DNA of 57,933 bases from Mageeibacillus sp. UBA5747 (lineage in GTDB: Bacteria; Bacillota; Clostridia; Saccharofermentanales; UBA5734). This document shows positions 1 through 8,546 of this stretch, one piece after another. Made by a program: the position numbers and the translations under genes. Numbering within the stretch: position 1 is the first letter of the stretch; every line of letters begins with the position of its first letter. The DNA lies in assembly GCA_002419145.1 (NCBI GenBank), contig DIFN01000035.1:1-57933 (forward strand), given 5' to 3'. The notes under the pieces are model-generated. The model did no database searches, was not told the DNA's origin, and saw nothing but the letters and a program-made list of their open reading frames with translations.

Positions 1-547
1 CATTGCTGGCGGCGGTTGCGGCCGCAGCCTCAGTCTTGATCTCACCCAAACGCGTGTATTTCTCCCGGACCAAGATCTGGATGTTGTTGTTATTGCCTTT
101 GAGTACCTCGAGAGCAGCCTGCTTGCTGCCAGCTCGGACCAGAATAGTCAGATTGTTAATGTTTTTCTCGTATTGATTGCGCAGATCGCGGATTTCTGCC
201 ACCAATTGAGCCCCTTCTTCCGAAATCAGAGAGATTTCAAGACGAGCCAGGGCAGCGTCAAATTCTGCAAAACGTTCCTTGATACGGCTTTCATAGTCTT
301 GGATTTCTTCTTCATCATAGGCCATGACGATATCCTTGGCATTGTTTCGGATGCGCTGGAAGGAGTCGACCATGATGACCAGATCTTCCATGGGCTGAGT
401 CATTTTGACGTACATTTCGGTATCCAGTTTGGCGATCGTTGCGATGTTAATCATGCCAATGGCTCCGATCGCACCAGCCACAAGGGCGACCAGCAGGAAG
501 CCGAGGATAATTTTGGTGCGGATGGTCTTGTTGTTAAACCAGTTCAT
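1..547 (-). CDS. Methyl-accepting chemotaxis protein, N-terminal part (runs off the left edge; not in the ORF track)
   Basis: Manual translation from ATG at 547: MNWFNNKTIRTKIILGFLLVALVAGAIGAIGMINIATIAKLDTEMY..., open to the window edge. N-terminal TM followed by a helical 4HB_MCP-like sensor; GGAGG RBS; directly downstream of cheA. Confidence 0.8.
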   Translation of the reverse strand, partial: MNWFNNKTIRTKIILGFLLVALVAGAIGAIGMINIATIAKLDTEMYVKMTQPMEDLVIMVDSFQRIRNNAKDIVMAYDEEEIQDYESRIKERFAEFDAALARLEISLISEEGAQLVAEIRDLRNQYEKNINNLTILVRAGSKQAALEVLKGNNNNIQILVREKYTRLGEIKTEAAAATAASN

Positions 548-628
548 GCTGCTGTTCCTCCCTGAACGTTTCATGAATTTTCAACCCGGCGTGTGCAATC
601 CGTTGCCTGGCCGGAAATGGATTGTTTG

Positions 629-2575
629 TCAGCCGGTCACCAGACCTGCGACATCGAGAATCAGGCTGATACTGCCATCCCCCAGAATCGTGCACCCTGC
701 CAGACCCTCCGACTTTTTCAGATACGTGGGCAGTGGCTTGACCACCACCTGCTGTTCACCAACCAGGCGGTCAGCAAACAGGCAATAGGTGCGCTCATCA
801 TCCTCCACCACAACCAAGATGCCCTGTGCAAGATCCTGGATCTCAGTTGCGACTTCATATTTACGGTGCAGCCGGACAACATTGCAGCATTCACCGCGGA
901 GCATGACCATTTCGTTGCCTTCGGGATCCGACAAGATCTTCTGACTGTCGACCCGGAAGGATTCGCGGATCGAAGTGATCGGGACAATGTAGTTTGCTTC
1001 GCCGACCGAGATCTGCATGCCGTTGATGATTGCCAGAGTCAGGGGAATCCGGATGCTGATGGTTGTACCCTGACCCGGGCTGCTGTCGAGGTTGATCAGT
1101 CCGCCGATCCGGCTGATTTTTTCCCGGACCACATCCATGCCGACCCCACGACCGGAGAACTCCGTTACAACCTCTTTGGTGGAAAAACCGGGCAATAGAA
1201 TAAACTGGAAAATCTCGCGGTCGGTGTACTCCTGCTCAGGCTTGGACAGCAAGTTAAGCGACCGCGCTTTAGCCAGGATTTTTTTGCGATCCAGGCCGCG
1301 CCCGTCATCCTGGATCGTAATCCAGACATCACCGCCGGCACTGCGGGCCGAAAGCTCCAGTAAGCCTCGGGCTGACTTGCCGGACGCAGCCCGTTCGTCC
1401 GGTGATTCTATGCCGTGGTCGAGGGCGTTGCGGATCAGGTGCATCAGGGGATCCGCCAAGGTGTCAATGATGCTCTTGTCGACTTCGGTCTCTTCGCCGG
1501 AAAGCTGCAGTTCGACATCTTTACCGAGCTTGCGGTTCATGTCGCGGACGATCCGCTGCATTTTCTGGAAAGTTGCCGCCACCGGAACCATCCGGATCGA
1601 CATGGCAAGGTCCTGAAGTTCGTTGGTCAGTTTAAACAGCTGGCGTGCTGCCTTCTGGAAGGATGGCAACTCCAACCCTTCGAGCTCAGGATTTTTGATC
1701 ACCATGGCTTCTGAAATCACCAGCTCTCCGACCAGATCCATCAGCTGGTCGAGTTTGCGCACCGGAACACTGATCAGGCTGCTGCCCGTCGCTGATTTTT
1801 CCACCAGATCCGGTGAGACGGCTGGGACTTCACCTGACCCGTCTGCGTCGCGCAAGGGTTTGGGCTGGAGCATCGTTTCGAATTCGAGGCGCTCCAGAAA
1901 TAAAGTCTGTTCCAGCGTGGACTGCAAAACGGACGGTTCAGCTGCCGAGGTGAAGCGGATGAGAAATCCTTGTTCCCGGATTAGGCTGGAGCTGTCTTCA
2001 TTGTCGGCAATATCAGCCGGGACATACGTCAGTTCCTCAGTCAAGGGCGTCAGGCTGTGAATAGCTGAAAAGGCGCGCAGGTTCTCCATCGCACAGCCTG
2101 GCTCAAACCAAAGCCGAGCCTGATAACGCTCCGGTTGCGTCCATGTTCCTGCGAGGGATTCCGTGACCACTGCGTCGGTGTAAAACGTCCTGATCTGCGT
2201 GATCAAATCATCTGGCTGGCCATCGAGGGGTTCCCCCCGTTCGATCTTGGCGATTTCCCCTTTACAGAAATCGACCGCCTTGAGCACGAGATCAGCCAGT
2301 TGACCACAATTGACACCCATGTCTGGCTGGCTGCGGTATTTCTCAAACAAGTCTTCCAGCGCGTGGGCCAGCTTGGCCAGAGTGTCAAATTCCATCATGG
2401 CCGACGATCCCTTGATCGTGTGCATGATGCGGAAAATGGCATCCACATGGGCGGCTGTCAAATGCTGGTTGCGCTCAATGTCGAGCAGCTGTTCCTCGAG
2501 TTGCTCGATCAGCTGGACACTCTCGAACAAAAACATCTCGAGGATCGGGTCACGATTTTGAATCTCACTGGCCAT
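629..2575 (-). CDS. cheA: Chemotaxis histidine kinase CheA
   Basis: Hpt motif FRIMHTIKGSS, H-box region KLDQLMDLVGELVI, N box HLIRNALDHG, G boxes DDGRG and GRGVGMDVV, C-terminal CheW-like domain. Confidence 0.97.
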   Translation of the reverse strand: MASEIQNRDPILEMFLFESVQLIEQLEEQLLDIERNQHLTAAHVDAIFRIMHTIKGSSAMMEFDTLAKLAHALEDLFEKYRSQPDMGVNCGQLADLVLKAVDFCKGEIAKIERGEPLDGQPDDLITQIRTFYTDAVVTESLAGTWTQPERYQARLWFEPGCAMENLRAFSAIHSLTPLTEELTYVPADIADNEDSSSLIREQGFLIRFTSAAEPSVLQSTLEQTLFLERLEFETMLQPKPLRDADGSGEVPAVSPDLVEKSATGSSLISVPVRKLDQLMDLVGELVISEAMVIKNPELEGLELPSFQKAARQLFKLTNELQDLAMSIRMVPVAATFQKMQRIVRDMNRKLGKDVELQLSGEETEVDKSIIDTLADPLMHLIRNALDHGIESPDERAASGKSARGLLELSARSAGGDVWITIQDDGRGLDRKKILAKARSLNLLSKPEQEYTDREIFQFILLPGFSTKEVVTEFSGRGVGMDVVREKISRIGGLINLDSSPGQGTTISIRIPLTLAIINGMQISVGEANYIVPITSIRESFRVDSQKILSDPEGNEMVMLRGECCNVVRLHRKYEVATEIQDLAQGILVVVEDDERTYCLFADRLVGEQQVVVKPLPTYLKKSEGLAGCTILGDGSISLILDVAGLVTG

Positions 2576-2592
2576 GCGCGTCTCCTTTTGCT

Positions 2593-2946
2593 TTAAAATT
2601 TGCTCAGGGCCTGGAGAACCGTATCTTCTTTAAACGGTTTGACGATGAAGCCTCGGGCGCCGGCCACAACCGCTTCCTTGACCATGGCTTGCTGACCCAT
2701 GGCCGTCATCATGACGATCTGGGCCTGAGGATTGATCTGGCGGATCGCCTTGAGCGCAGTCAGTCCATCGACCTCCGGCATGGTGATATCCATGGTCACA
2801 ATGTCAGGGTTCAAAGCATGGTATTTGGCGATGGCCACTTGGCCGTTTTCTGCTTCACCGACGACTTCGTAGCCGTTTTTCTCGAGCATGTTGCGAATGG
2901 TCAGGCGCATAAAAGCGGCATCGTCAACGATCAGTACTTTTTTCAT
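2593..2946 (-). CDS. cheY: Chemotaxis response regulator CheY (Bacillus type)
   Basis: MKKVLIVDDAAFMR, DIVTMDITMP and FIVKPF; 117-aa single receiver domain. Confidence 0.96.
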   Translation of the reverse strand: MKKVLIVDDAAFMRLTIRNMLEKNGYEVVGEAENGQVAIAKYHALNPDIVTMDITMPEVDGLTALKAIRQINPQAQIVMMTAMGQQAMVKEAVVAGARGFIVKPFKEDTVLQALSKF

Positions 2947-2996
2947 GGATACTCTCCCGGTTTGATAACTGTAGATGTTGGATCAAGCTTGCCTTT

Positions 2997-3422
2997 TCAG
3001 CCGATCTGGTCGAGGAAACGACCGCTGACCGGATAGACAGCTGCAGATGCCCGAGCTCCAGACGGAGCGTGGATTTTCCTCAAGTTATCCTGATACTGGT
3101 CACGCTTTTTCGTGGCTGCACGCTGCAGCTCCAAATCGAGTTCTGCGATCACATGCAGCAGATCCGAGATAAATGAGATTTCAGAATCGTCCAGAGCAGT
3201 GACAGTGGCCAAGCCTTTGTCGGAGCCTGACGCTTCCTGGATCTGGTCGATCTCCTCCATGCAGGCCCGGCGCCGGATCAGCCAGAAGCTCAGCTCGTCC
3301 AGCTCATCCTGGTCCACCAGCTGCAGGCAGTGAAGCGTCAAGTCACGCAAGTTTTTTAGCAATGTGAGGAGTTGCTTGCCTTCGGACTGGTGCGAGGTTA
3401 TCCGGCCTGTATAGGGGTTCAT
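2997..3422 (-). CDS. FliT/FlgN-like flagellar chaperone
   Basis: Helical ~141-aa protein immediately after fliS, the usual fliT position. Start moved to MNPY, which gives an ATGA overlap with the fliS stop. Confidence 0.55.
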   Translation of the reverse strand: MNPYTGRITSHQSEGKQLLTLLKNLRDLTLHCLQLVDQDELDELSFWLIRRRACMEEIDQIQEASGSDKGLATVTALDDSEISFISDLLHVIAELDLELQRAATKKRDQYQDNLRKIHAPSGARASAAVYPVSGRFLDQIG

Positions 3423-3814
3423 CCGCCCACCGCCCGGTTGAGGCTGCGGTAGCTGCGGACCACCTGTTCCCAAGTGGCGCGCAGTTCGCTGAGCATCTCT
3501 TCCACCTCCAGAGCCCGGTTTGCATCCTTGCTGATGTTGCTTGCGACCAGTTCGCGATTGAAAAACTCATAGAGCCTGAGCAGGTGTCCGGACAGGTCAT
3601 TGTCCAGATCGAGGCTGTCGATCAGGGCATCGATGATTTCCTGGGCTTTGACCAGGGCGATCCCTGCGTCACCTGGGTTCTGCTCAACGATAGCAGACCG
3701 GGCCAGGCGGATCTGGCGAATGGCACCGTCATACAGCATCAGGATCAGGTCGCCCGGGCTGGCGGTCAGGACTTGCTGCTCCCGGTATTGGTCATAGCCT
3801 TTGTATCTGTTCAT
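3419..3814 (-). CDS. fliS: Flagellin export chaperone FliS
   Basis: YREQQVLTASPGDLILMLYDGAIR and AQEIIDALIDSLD motifs; AAAGGAG RBS before the ATG at 3814. Confidence 0.95.
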   Translation of the reverse strand: MNRYKGYDQYREQQVLTASPGDLILMLYDGAIRQIRLARSAIVEQNPGDAGIALVKAQEIIDALIDSLDLDNDLSGHLLRLYEFFNRELVASNISKDANRALEVEEMLSELRATWEQVVRSYRSLNRAVGG

Positions 3815-3837
3815 GTGAGGGTCTCCTTTACTCATAC

Positions 3838-5337
3838 TCAGGAAAATTGCTGGGCCAGCCAGCTGCTCTGGGACTGCATCTGGCTCAGGGCTGTCTCCAT
3901 GGCGGTGAATTTGCGCCAGTATGCATCTTCTTTGTCAGCTAGCTTGTCGGTGAGGGTGGTGATCTGCTTGCTGTAGGTATCGAGGTCGCGCGAATAATTG
4001 GCCAGGCTAAAGGTTGCGCTGTAGGCAGTGAAGGCACTGATCAGGCGGTTTAAGAGGCCTGATTCGCCGTACTTGGTGGCGGCATCCGTGGCTGTGCTGG
4101 TCTTGGTAAAAACCTGCATCACCTCTTCCGGATTATTGGTCAAAGCCGAGCGTAGGGTTGTTTCATCGAGGGAGATTTTCCCTTTCTCGAGGTAGCTGCC
4201 GGTCTTCAGGCCGATGTCGGCCGGACTTTTGCCGATCCCGGCCACCGCGTCGTACAAGCTGCGGCGCAGATCCGTCAATAGGCGCTGGAGGTTGCGATCA
4301 TTTCTCAGCAGTCCGCTCTTGGCCTTCTCTTCCCAGAGTTTTATATCGGTCTCGCTCATCGATTCGCGCTGCTCAGTGGTCAGCGGAGCGTAGTCGCGAT
4401 TGATCTCCTCGCTTAGCTTGCCCTGGGCAAAATCGACCAGGTCGTTATAGAGGGTTACAAAGGACTGGATCTTCTTGAGTGCAGGTTCGATGTCGCGGGC
4501 AACGGTGAACGAGACGCTGGTCGCAGTCGGCTCAGACAGCTGGTAGCGCAGGCCATCGATGGTAAAAAAGTTGCTGCTGCGGGTGATGGCGGTGCCGTTG
4601 ATCGAGAGGCTGGCGTCCTGGCCAGGAGTGATGGCGGTGGCCGAGATGCCGAATGCAGAAGGGGTCACGCCGTCATGGCTCATCGCGTTGCCGCTGAGGT
4701 TTTCGATTGTAAGTCCGGATGCGGCGCCAGTGGTTCGTGAGGAGAGCGAGATCTTGTTGGTCAACTCGGAGTAGCTGATCAGGACATTGGCCGAGCTGGC
4801 GTTGATCTCATTGAACATCGTCTGCAAGGTATCCGTTTTTTGAAAGGTAAAGGCGACGTCGTTGATCTTGAATGAGATTTCGCCGTTGGCGTCGAACGTC
4901 AGGGGTGTGCTGAGGGTGAGGTTTTCCAGCGGCGTGCTCCGGCTAAGCGTGTCAGGCGCAATGGCTCCACTGCTGGAAACAGCGGCGGCTGTGGCCAGCC
5001 GGTCAATCCGGTCAATCGCAACCGTCCCAGCTGTGGCTGCTTCGGTGGCGGACAGGCCGACCGCAGTGCTGGTCGAGGCGGTCTTCACGGTATAGGTATT
5101 GTAGGCACTGGCGGATATCAGGTTGGTGTCAGGCGAGAGAACACTCATCGTCGCGCGGCGGAAATCGCTGATTTTCTGGTCCACGGCCTGCCGGGATTCC
5201 CGGGTCCATTCGAAGCGCGTTTTCTGCTGGATCACCCGGTCGACCTTGAGTTGCTCAACTTTCATCAGGCTCTGGACCATGGACTCGGTGTCGAAGCCCG
5301 AAACCAGACCAGAGAGGCGCAGATTGGAACTTGTCAT
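3838..5337 (-). CDS. fliD: Filament cap protein FliD
   Basis: LSGLVSGFDTESMVQSLM N-terminus, GQDASLSING..RSSNFFTIDG, C-terminal KFTAMETALSQMQSQSSWL. Confidence 0.96.
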   Translation of the reverse strand: MTSSNLRLSGLVSGFDTESMVQSLMKVEQLKVDRVIQQKTRFEWTRESRQAVDQKISDFRRATMSVLSPDTNLISASAYNTYTVKTASTSTAVGLSATEAATAGTVAIDRIDRLATAAAVSSSGAIAPDTLSRSTPLENLTLSTPLTFDANGEISFKINDVAFTFQKTDTLQTMFNEINASSANVLISYSELTNKISLSSRTTGAASGLTIENLSGNAMSHDGVTPSAFGISATAITPGQDASLSINGTAITRSSNFFTIDGLRYQLSEPTATSVSFTVARDIEPALKKIQSFVTLYNDLVDFAQGKLSEEINRDYAPLTTEQRESMSETDIKLWEEKAKSGLLRNDRNLQRLLTDLRRSLYDAVAGIGKSPADIGLKTGSYLEKGKISLDETTLRSALTNNPEEVMQVFTKTSTATDAATKYGESGLLNRLISAFTAYSATFSLANYSRDLDTYSKQITTLTDKLADKEDAYWRKFTAMETALSQMQSQSSWLAQQFS

Positions 5338-5470
5338 GGGAACACCTGCTTTCGGAAAAGATCAAGGCGCAGGAAACACAGCACCCGGCTGTCTGGACAC
5401 GCCAGGCAAAAGGGATCATGAACCGGATCTTGTGTGGTCTGCGGCTGGGAAAAGTCAGTCCAAGGGATTC

Positions 5471-5506
5471 TCCAGGCAGGAGGCGGCCATGTGCCCCCTG
5501 CCTGGA
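5471..5506 (-). terminator. 14-bp hairpin 3' of flagellin (terminator or stabilising stem, no clear U-tract)
   Basis: Minus-strand RNA UCCAGGCAGGGGGC-ACAUGGCC-GCCUCCUGCCUGGA pairs fully with one G-U; about 30 nt after the fliC stop. Confidence 0.55.
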
Positions 5507-5537
5507 TAGGTCCATTTAGTTAACCGTAAAGGAATGA

Positions 5538-6641
5538 TTAGCGGAGGAGTTGGAGGACACCCTGCGGCGCCTGGTTGGCCTGGGCCAGCATCGCCTGAGC
5601 GGCCTGCTGCAAGATGTTGTTCTTGGTGAACTCCATCATTTCCTTGGCCATATCAACGTCACGGATACGGGATTCGGAAGCCTGCAGGTTTTCGGCCGAG
5701 GTGTCGAGGTTCTTGATCGTGTGCTCGAGTCGGTTCTGCCAGGCGCCCAATTTGGCGCGCTGTTCGGAAACATCATTCAAAGCTGTTTCAACTGTTGTAA
5801 TGGCAGAATTGGAATTGGCATAAGTATCCACAAGAATTCCATCTACGCCAAGGCCAATGGCAGACATGTCACTGATGGTGATTGCCATTTCCTGGTTTTC
5901 ATTCGCGCCGATTTGCAAAGTTGCGCCTGAAGCAGCGCCTGTGACAACTGTCAATGTATCAAAGGCTGTGCCACCCACAGCGTAATCTGAATCTGTCTTG
6001 ATGGATACACCCAAAGAGTCGAAGTTGAATGTATCACCCGCAGCAAATCCGGTCTTGGAAATGGTTTGACTGTTCCCAGCGCCATCATCGAGTGTGATAT
6101 CCGTGGCAGTTTCATCAATGGTGTACGTTGAGCTGGCAGAAGCCCCGGAAACATTGATGTCGTTGATGCTTGAAAGTCCGACGACCGTGCTGTCCAGAGT
6201 ACCACCCGAGCGACTGACGCCAAGATTACCAGTCAAGAGTGCTTTTCCGTTGAATTGGGTCGTATCCGCAATGCGAGTGATCTCTTCTTTCAGAGCATTT
6301 ACTTCAGTTGAAATCGCATCGCGGTCAAGGCTTTCGTTCGTGTCATTGGCTGCCTGGACAGACAGTTCCCGCATGCGCTGCAGGATTGCCTGTGTCTCAT
6401 TCAGTGCGCCTTCAGCTGTCTGAATCAGCGAAATGCCATCCTGGGCATTGCGGGAAGCCTGGTTCAGACCGCGAATCTGACCGCGCATTTTTTCCGAGAT
6501 CGAGAGACCTGCGGCGTCATCGGCAGCAGAGTTGATTCGCATGCCCGAAGACAGCTTGCTCATCGATTTTGCACCGGCGGTGTTGGAAAGACCGAGTTGT
6601 CTGTGGGTGTTCATGGCCATGAGGTTGTTGTTAATACGCAT
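5538..6641 (-). CDS. fliC: Flagellin
   Basis: MRINNN...LSSGMRINSAADDAAGLSISEKMRGQIRGL and QNRLEHTIKNL...ASESRIRDVDMAKEM...AQANQAPQGVLQLLR. Confidence 0.98.
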   Translation of the reverse strand: MRINNNLMAMNTHRQLGLSNTAGAKSMSKLSSGMRINSAADDAAGLSISEKMRGQIRGLNQASRNAQDGISLIQTAEGALNETQAILQRMRELSVQAANDTNESLDRDAISTEVNALKEEITRIADTTQFNGKALLTGNLGVSRSGGTLDSTVVGLSSINDINVSGASASSTYTIDETATDITLDDGAGNSQTISKTGFAAGDTFNFDSLGVSIKTDSDYAVGGTAFDTLTVVTGAASGATLQIGANENQEMAITISDMSAIGLGVDGILVDTYANSNSAITTVETALNDVSEQRAKLGAWQNRLEHTIKNLDTSAENLQASESRIRDVDMAKEMMEFTKNNILQQAAQAMLAQANQAPQGVLQLLR

Positions 6642-6740
6642 AAAAAAGATCCTCCTTGAATTGTGTTTGGGCCGCGCGTCCGTGCGCTGCCTTTTATAGT
6701 TCGGGCGATCCGTCCGGCTGTTGTGGGGCGCCTCCGGTCG
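6642..6740 (-). promoter_or_regulatory. fliC 5' UTR with several CsrA-type GGA sites
   Basis: GCGC-ACGGAC-GCGC hairpin (6674-6687) matches CANGGANG. Further GGA in GCC-GACCGGA-GGC and CCGGACGGA, and in the SD AAGGAGGA. Confidence 0.7.
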
Positions 6741-6755
6741 GCTGGTCGAACCGCT

Positions 6756-6792
6756 CTTACTATCTATATCGCAGAATTTCGAGATAACTTAA
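6756..6792 (-). promoter_or_regulatory. Sigma-28 (FliA/SigD) promoter of fliC
   Basis: TTAA(6792-6789)-N15-TGCGATAT(6773-6766) versus consensus TAAA-N15-GCCGATAT; shares a 16-nt motif with the promoter at 12481-12517. Confidence 0.75.
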
Positions 6793-6815
6793 GTGTTTAT
6801 ATCGAAATTTATGAA

Positions 6816-7085
6816 TTATTTTTCCAATTCTGTCTGGCGGGACTCTGCTGCCTGTTCCGTCTGGCCGGTCACGGCACCCAACTGAGACAGCACAGAAACA
6901 TCTGACACATTGGCTTCCTGGTTGAGCGAACCAACTTCTTTCAAAAGCTCGGCGCGCAGGATTTTCAGCGAGCGCGGGGCTTCGATGCCGATTTTGACCC
7001 GCTCGGAATCGATATCGAGTATAACAATTTTGACATCCTCACCCAGAAAGAAAGCTTCGTTGATTTTACGGGTCACCACGAGCAT
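6816..7085 (-). CDS. csrA: Carbon storage regulator CsrA
   Basis: MLVVTRKINEAFFLGEDVKIVILDIDSERVKIGIEAPRSLKILRAEL; AAGGAGG RBS; C-terminal extension typical of FliW-regulated CsrA. Confidence 0.96.
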   Translation of the reverse strand: MLVVTRKINEAFFLGEDVKIVILDIDSERVKIGIEAPRSLKILRAELLKEVGSLNQEANVSDVSVLSQLGAVTGQTEQAAESRQTELEK

Positions 7086-7536
7086 GGTCGGAGTCCTCCT
7101 TGGGGCCGTTAAACACCGCTGTAAAAATCGGCTGGCGGATTGGGTAGCGGTCATCTTCGACGACGACTTGGCAGCCCTGGTTGTTTTTCATGTTGATCAG
7201 GACCGGGGCCGCCAGGTTGGCTGTCATGCGCGTGACGTCCGGCGGGATCACGACCACTGCATAGACCATCAGGTCCTCTTCACTCACCAGATCCAGTTGT
7301 GCAAGGGCGGCATCATCGATGTCCGGCGAATAGTCCGGCTGGATCATGAACGGGCTGATCAGCGGCAGGGCGACGTCCTGTTCGAGCGACTGGAGCCAGA
7401 TGAAGGGCCGGGTCTGCTCGAGATCCACCAGGGTAAAGCGCCGCAGCATCTCAAAACCAGGCAAGCCCTCTGCGAATTGGAGCACCTGATCCGCATTGAT
7501 CGTTATTTTACCAAAGATTCGCGTTAAAATGTCCAT
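7066..7536 (-). CDS. fliW: Flagellar assembly factor FliW
   Basis: FAEGLPGFE, PFIWLQS, ISPF and MTANLAAPVLIN motifs; adjacent to csrA. Confidence 0.95.
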   Translation of the reverse strand: MDILTRIFGKITINADQVLQFAEGLPGFEMLRRFTLVDLEQTRPFIWLQSLEQDVALPLISPFMIQPDYSPDIDDAALAQLDLVSEEDLMVYAVVVIPPDVTRMTANLAAPVLINMKNNQGCQVVVEDDRYPIRQPIFTAVFNGPKEDSDHARGDP

Positions 7537-7554
7537 TTCTCAATCTCCGCTCGT

Positions 7555-8496
7555 TTATTTCAGGAAATCGACCAGGGAGGGCTGGATCACTTGGTCGCCA
7601 ATCGCCAAGGCTGCCTGGTAGACGGCTTCGGCCATTTTCAGATTCATCACGACTTCGGCCAAATCAGCGTCTTCAACCTCGGATTTGACGGTTTCATAAT
7701 TGATCTGATCCTTCTCGTAGCGGTTCTTGACCAGGTCGATCCGGTTCATGCGGCCACCGAGATCCGTGGCCAGAGCCAGGACATCGACTTGCTTGTGTTT
7801 GAGCTTTTCAATGCTGTGCGAGATCTGGTCTGATGAACCGTCGCTCTCCAGGTTTGCTATCAGCTCGTCAAAAACCGCAAACAGGTTGTCCTCCCCGCTG
7901 CCCACCAGTTCAACGCCGTTGATTGAAATCTGAGTCGTCAGGTTGGTCCCGATCTGGTACTCGACCGCCTGACCCTTGAGCTTGACGAGGCTGGCAGGGT
8001 CGAGGGCCGGATCAGCCAGGTTCTCACCCTGGTATGTCACAGTCCCATCGGCTGCGACGGCGAAAGGCGGTTCGGTTGTGGTATGGCCGCCAAAGATGAA
8101 GGTGTTGCCATAGGACGCATTGGCCACCTGGACGAGATGGTCGCGCAGCTGGCGGACCTGGACAGCGATCGCCTTTTTATCCTCGGCGTCATTCGTACCG
8201 GTGGCACCCTGGACCGCCCGTTCATAGGCCGTCTTGATCACCTCATTGATCTCCAGCACAGCCGTCTCACTCTGGGTCAGCCAGGACTGGGCGTCGTTGA
8301 GGTTGCGCTGGTATTGCTCGAGCTTGGCGAGTTTGTCCCGGATGGCCAGGGCTCCCATCGCCGAGGCCGGGTCATCGGACAGGCGGACCAGTTTGCGGTT
8401 GGTTGCCATCTGGCTCTGAAACTGGTTCATCCGGCTCATGTTGCGCTGCAGGTTGTTCAGGTAATTGTCTGACATCATGGTGTTGGTCAGGCGCAT
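7555..8496 (-). CDS. flgL: Hook-associated protein FlgL
   Basis: MRLTNTMM.., LSDDPASA, NASYGNTFIFGG, YQAALAIGDQVIQPSLVDFLK. Confidence 0.96.
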   Translation of the reverse strand: MRLTNTMMSDNYLNNLQRNMSRMNQFQSQMATNRKLVRLSDDPASAMGALAIRDKLAKLEQYQRNLNDAQSWLTQSETAVLEINEVIKTAYERAVQGATGTNDAEDKKAIAVQVRQLRDHLVQVANASYGNTFIFGGHTTTEPPFAVAADGTVTYQGENLADPALDPASLVKLKGQAVEYQIGTNLTTQISINGVELVGSGEDNLFAVFDELIANLESDGSSDQISHSIEKLKHKQVDVLALATDLGGRMNRIDLVKNRYEKDQINYETVKSEVEDADLAEVVMNLKMAEAVYQAALAIGDQVIQPSLVDFLK

Positions 8497-8546
8497 GTGT
8501 TCATACCTCGCTGGGGATGCCAGTCCTGCCGGACATCCCGTTCATG

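Noticed and set aside
6799-6804. Second CGATAT upstream of fliC as a tandem sigma-28 promoter
   Set aside because: The -35 position reads GGAA inside csrA and the shared ATAGTAAG extension is missing.
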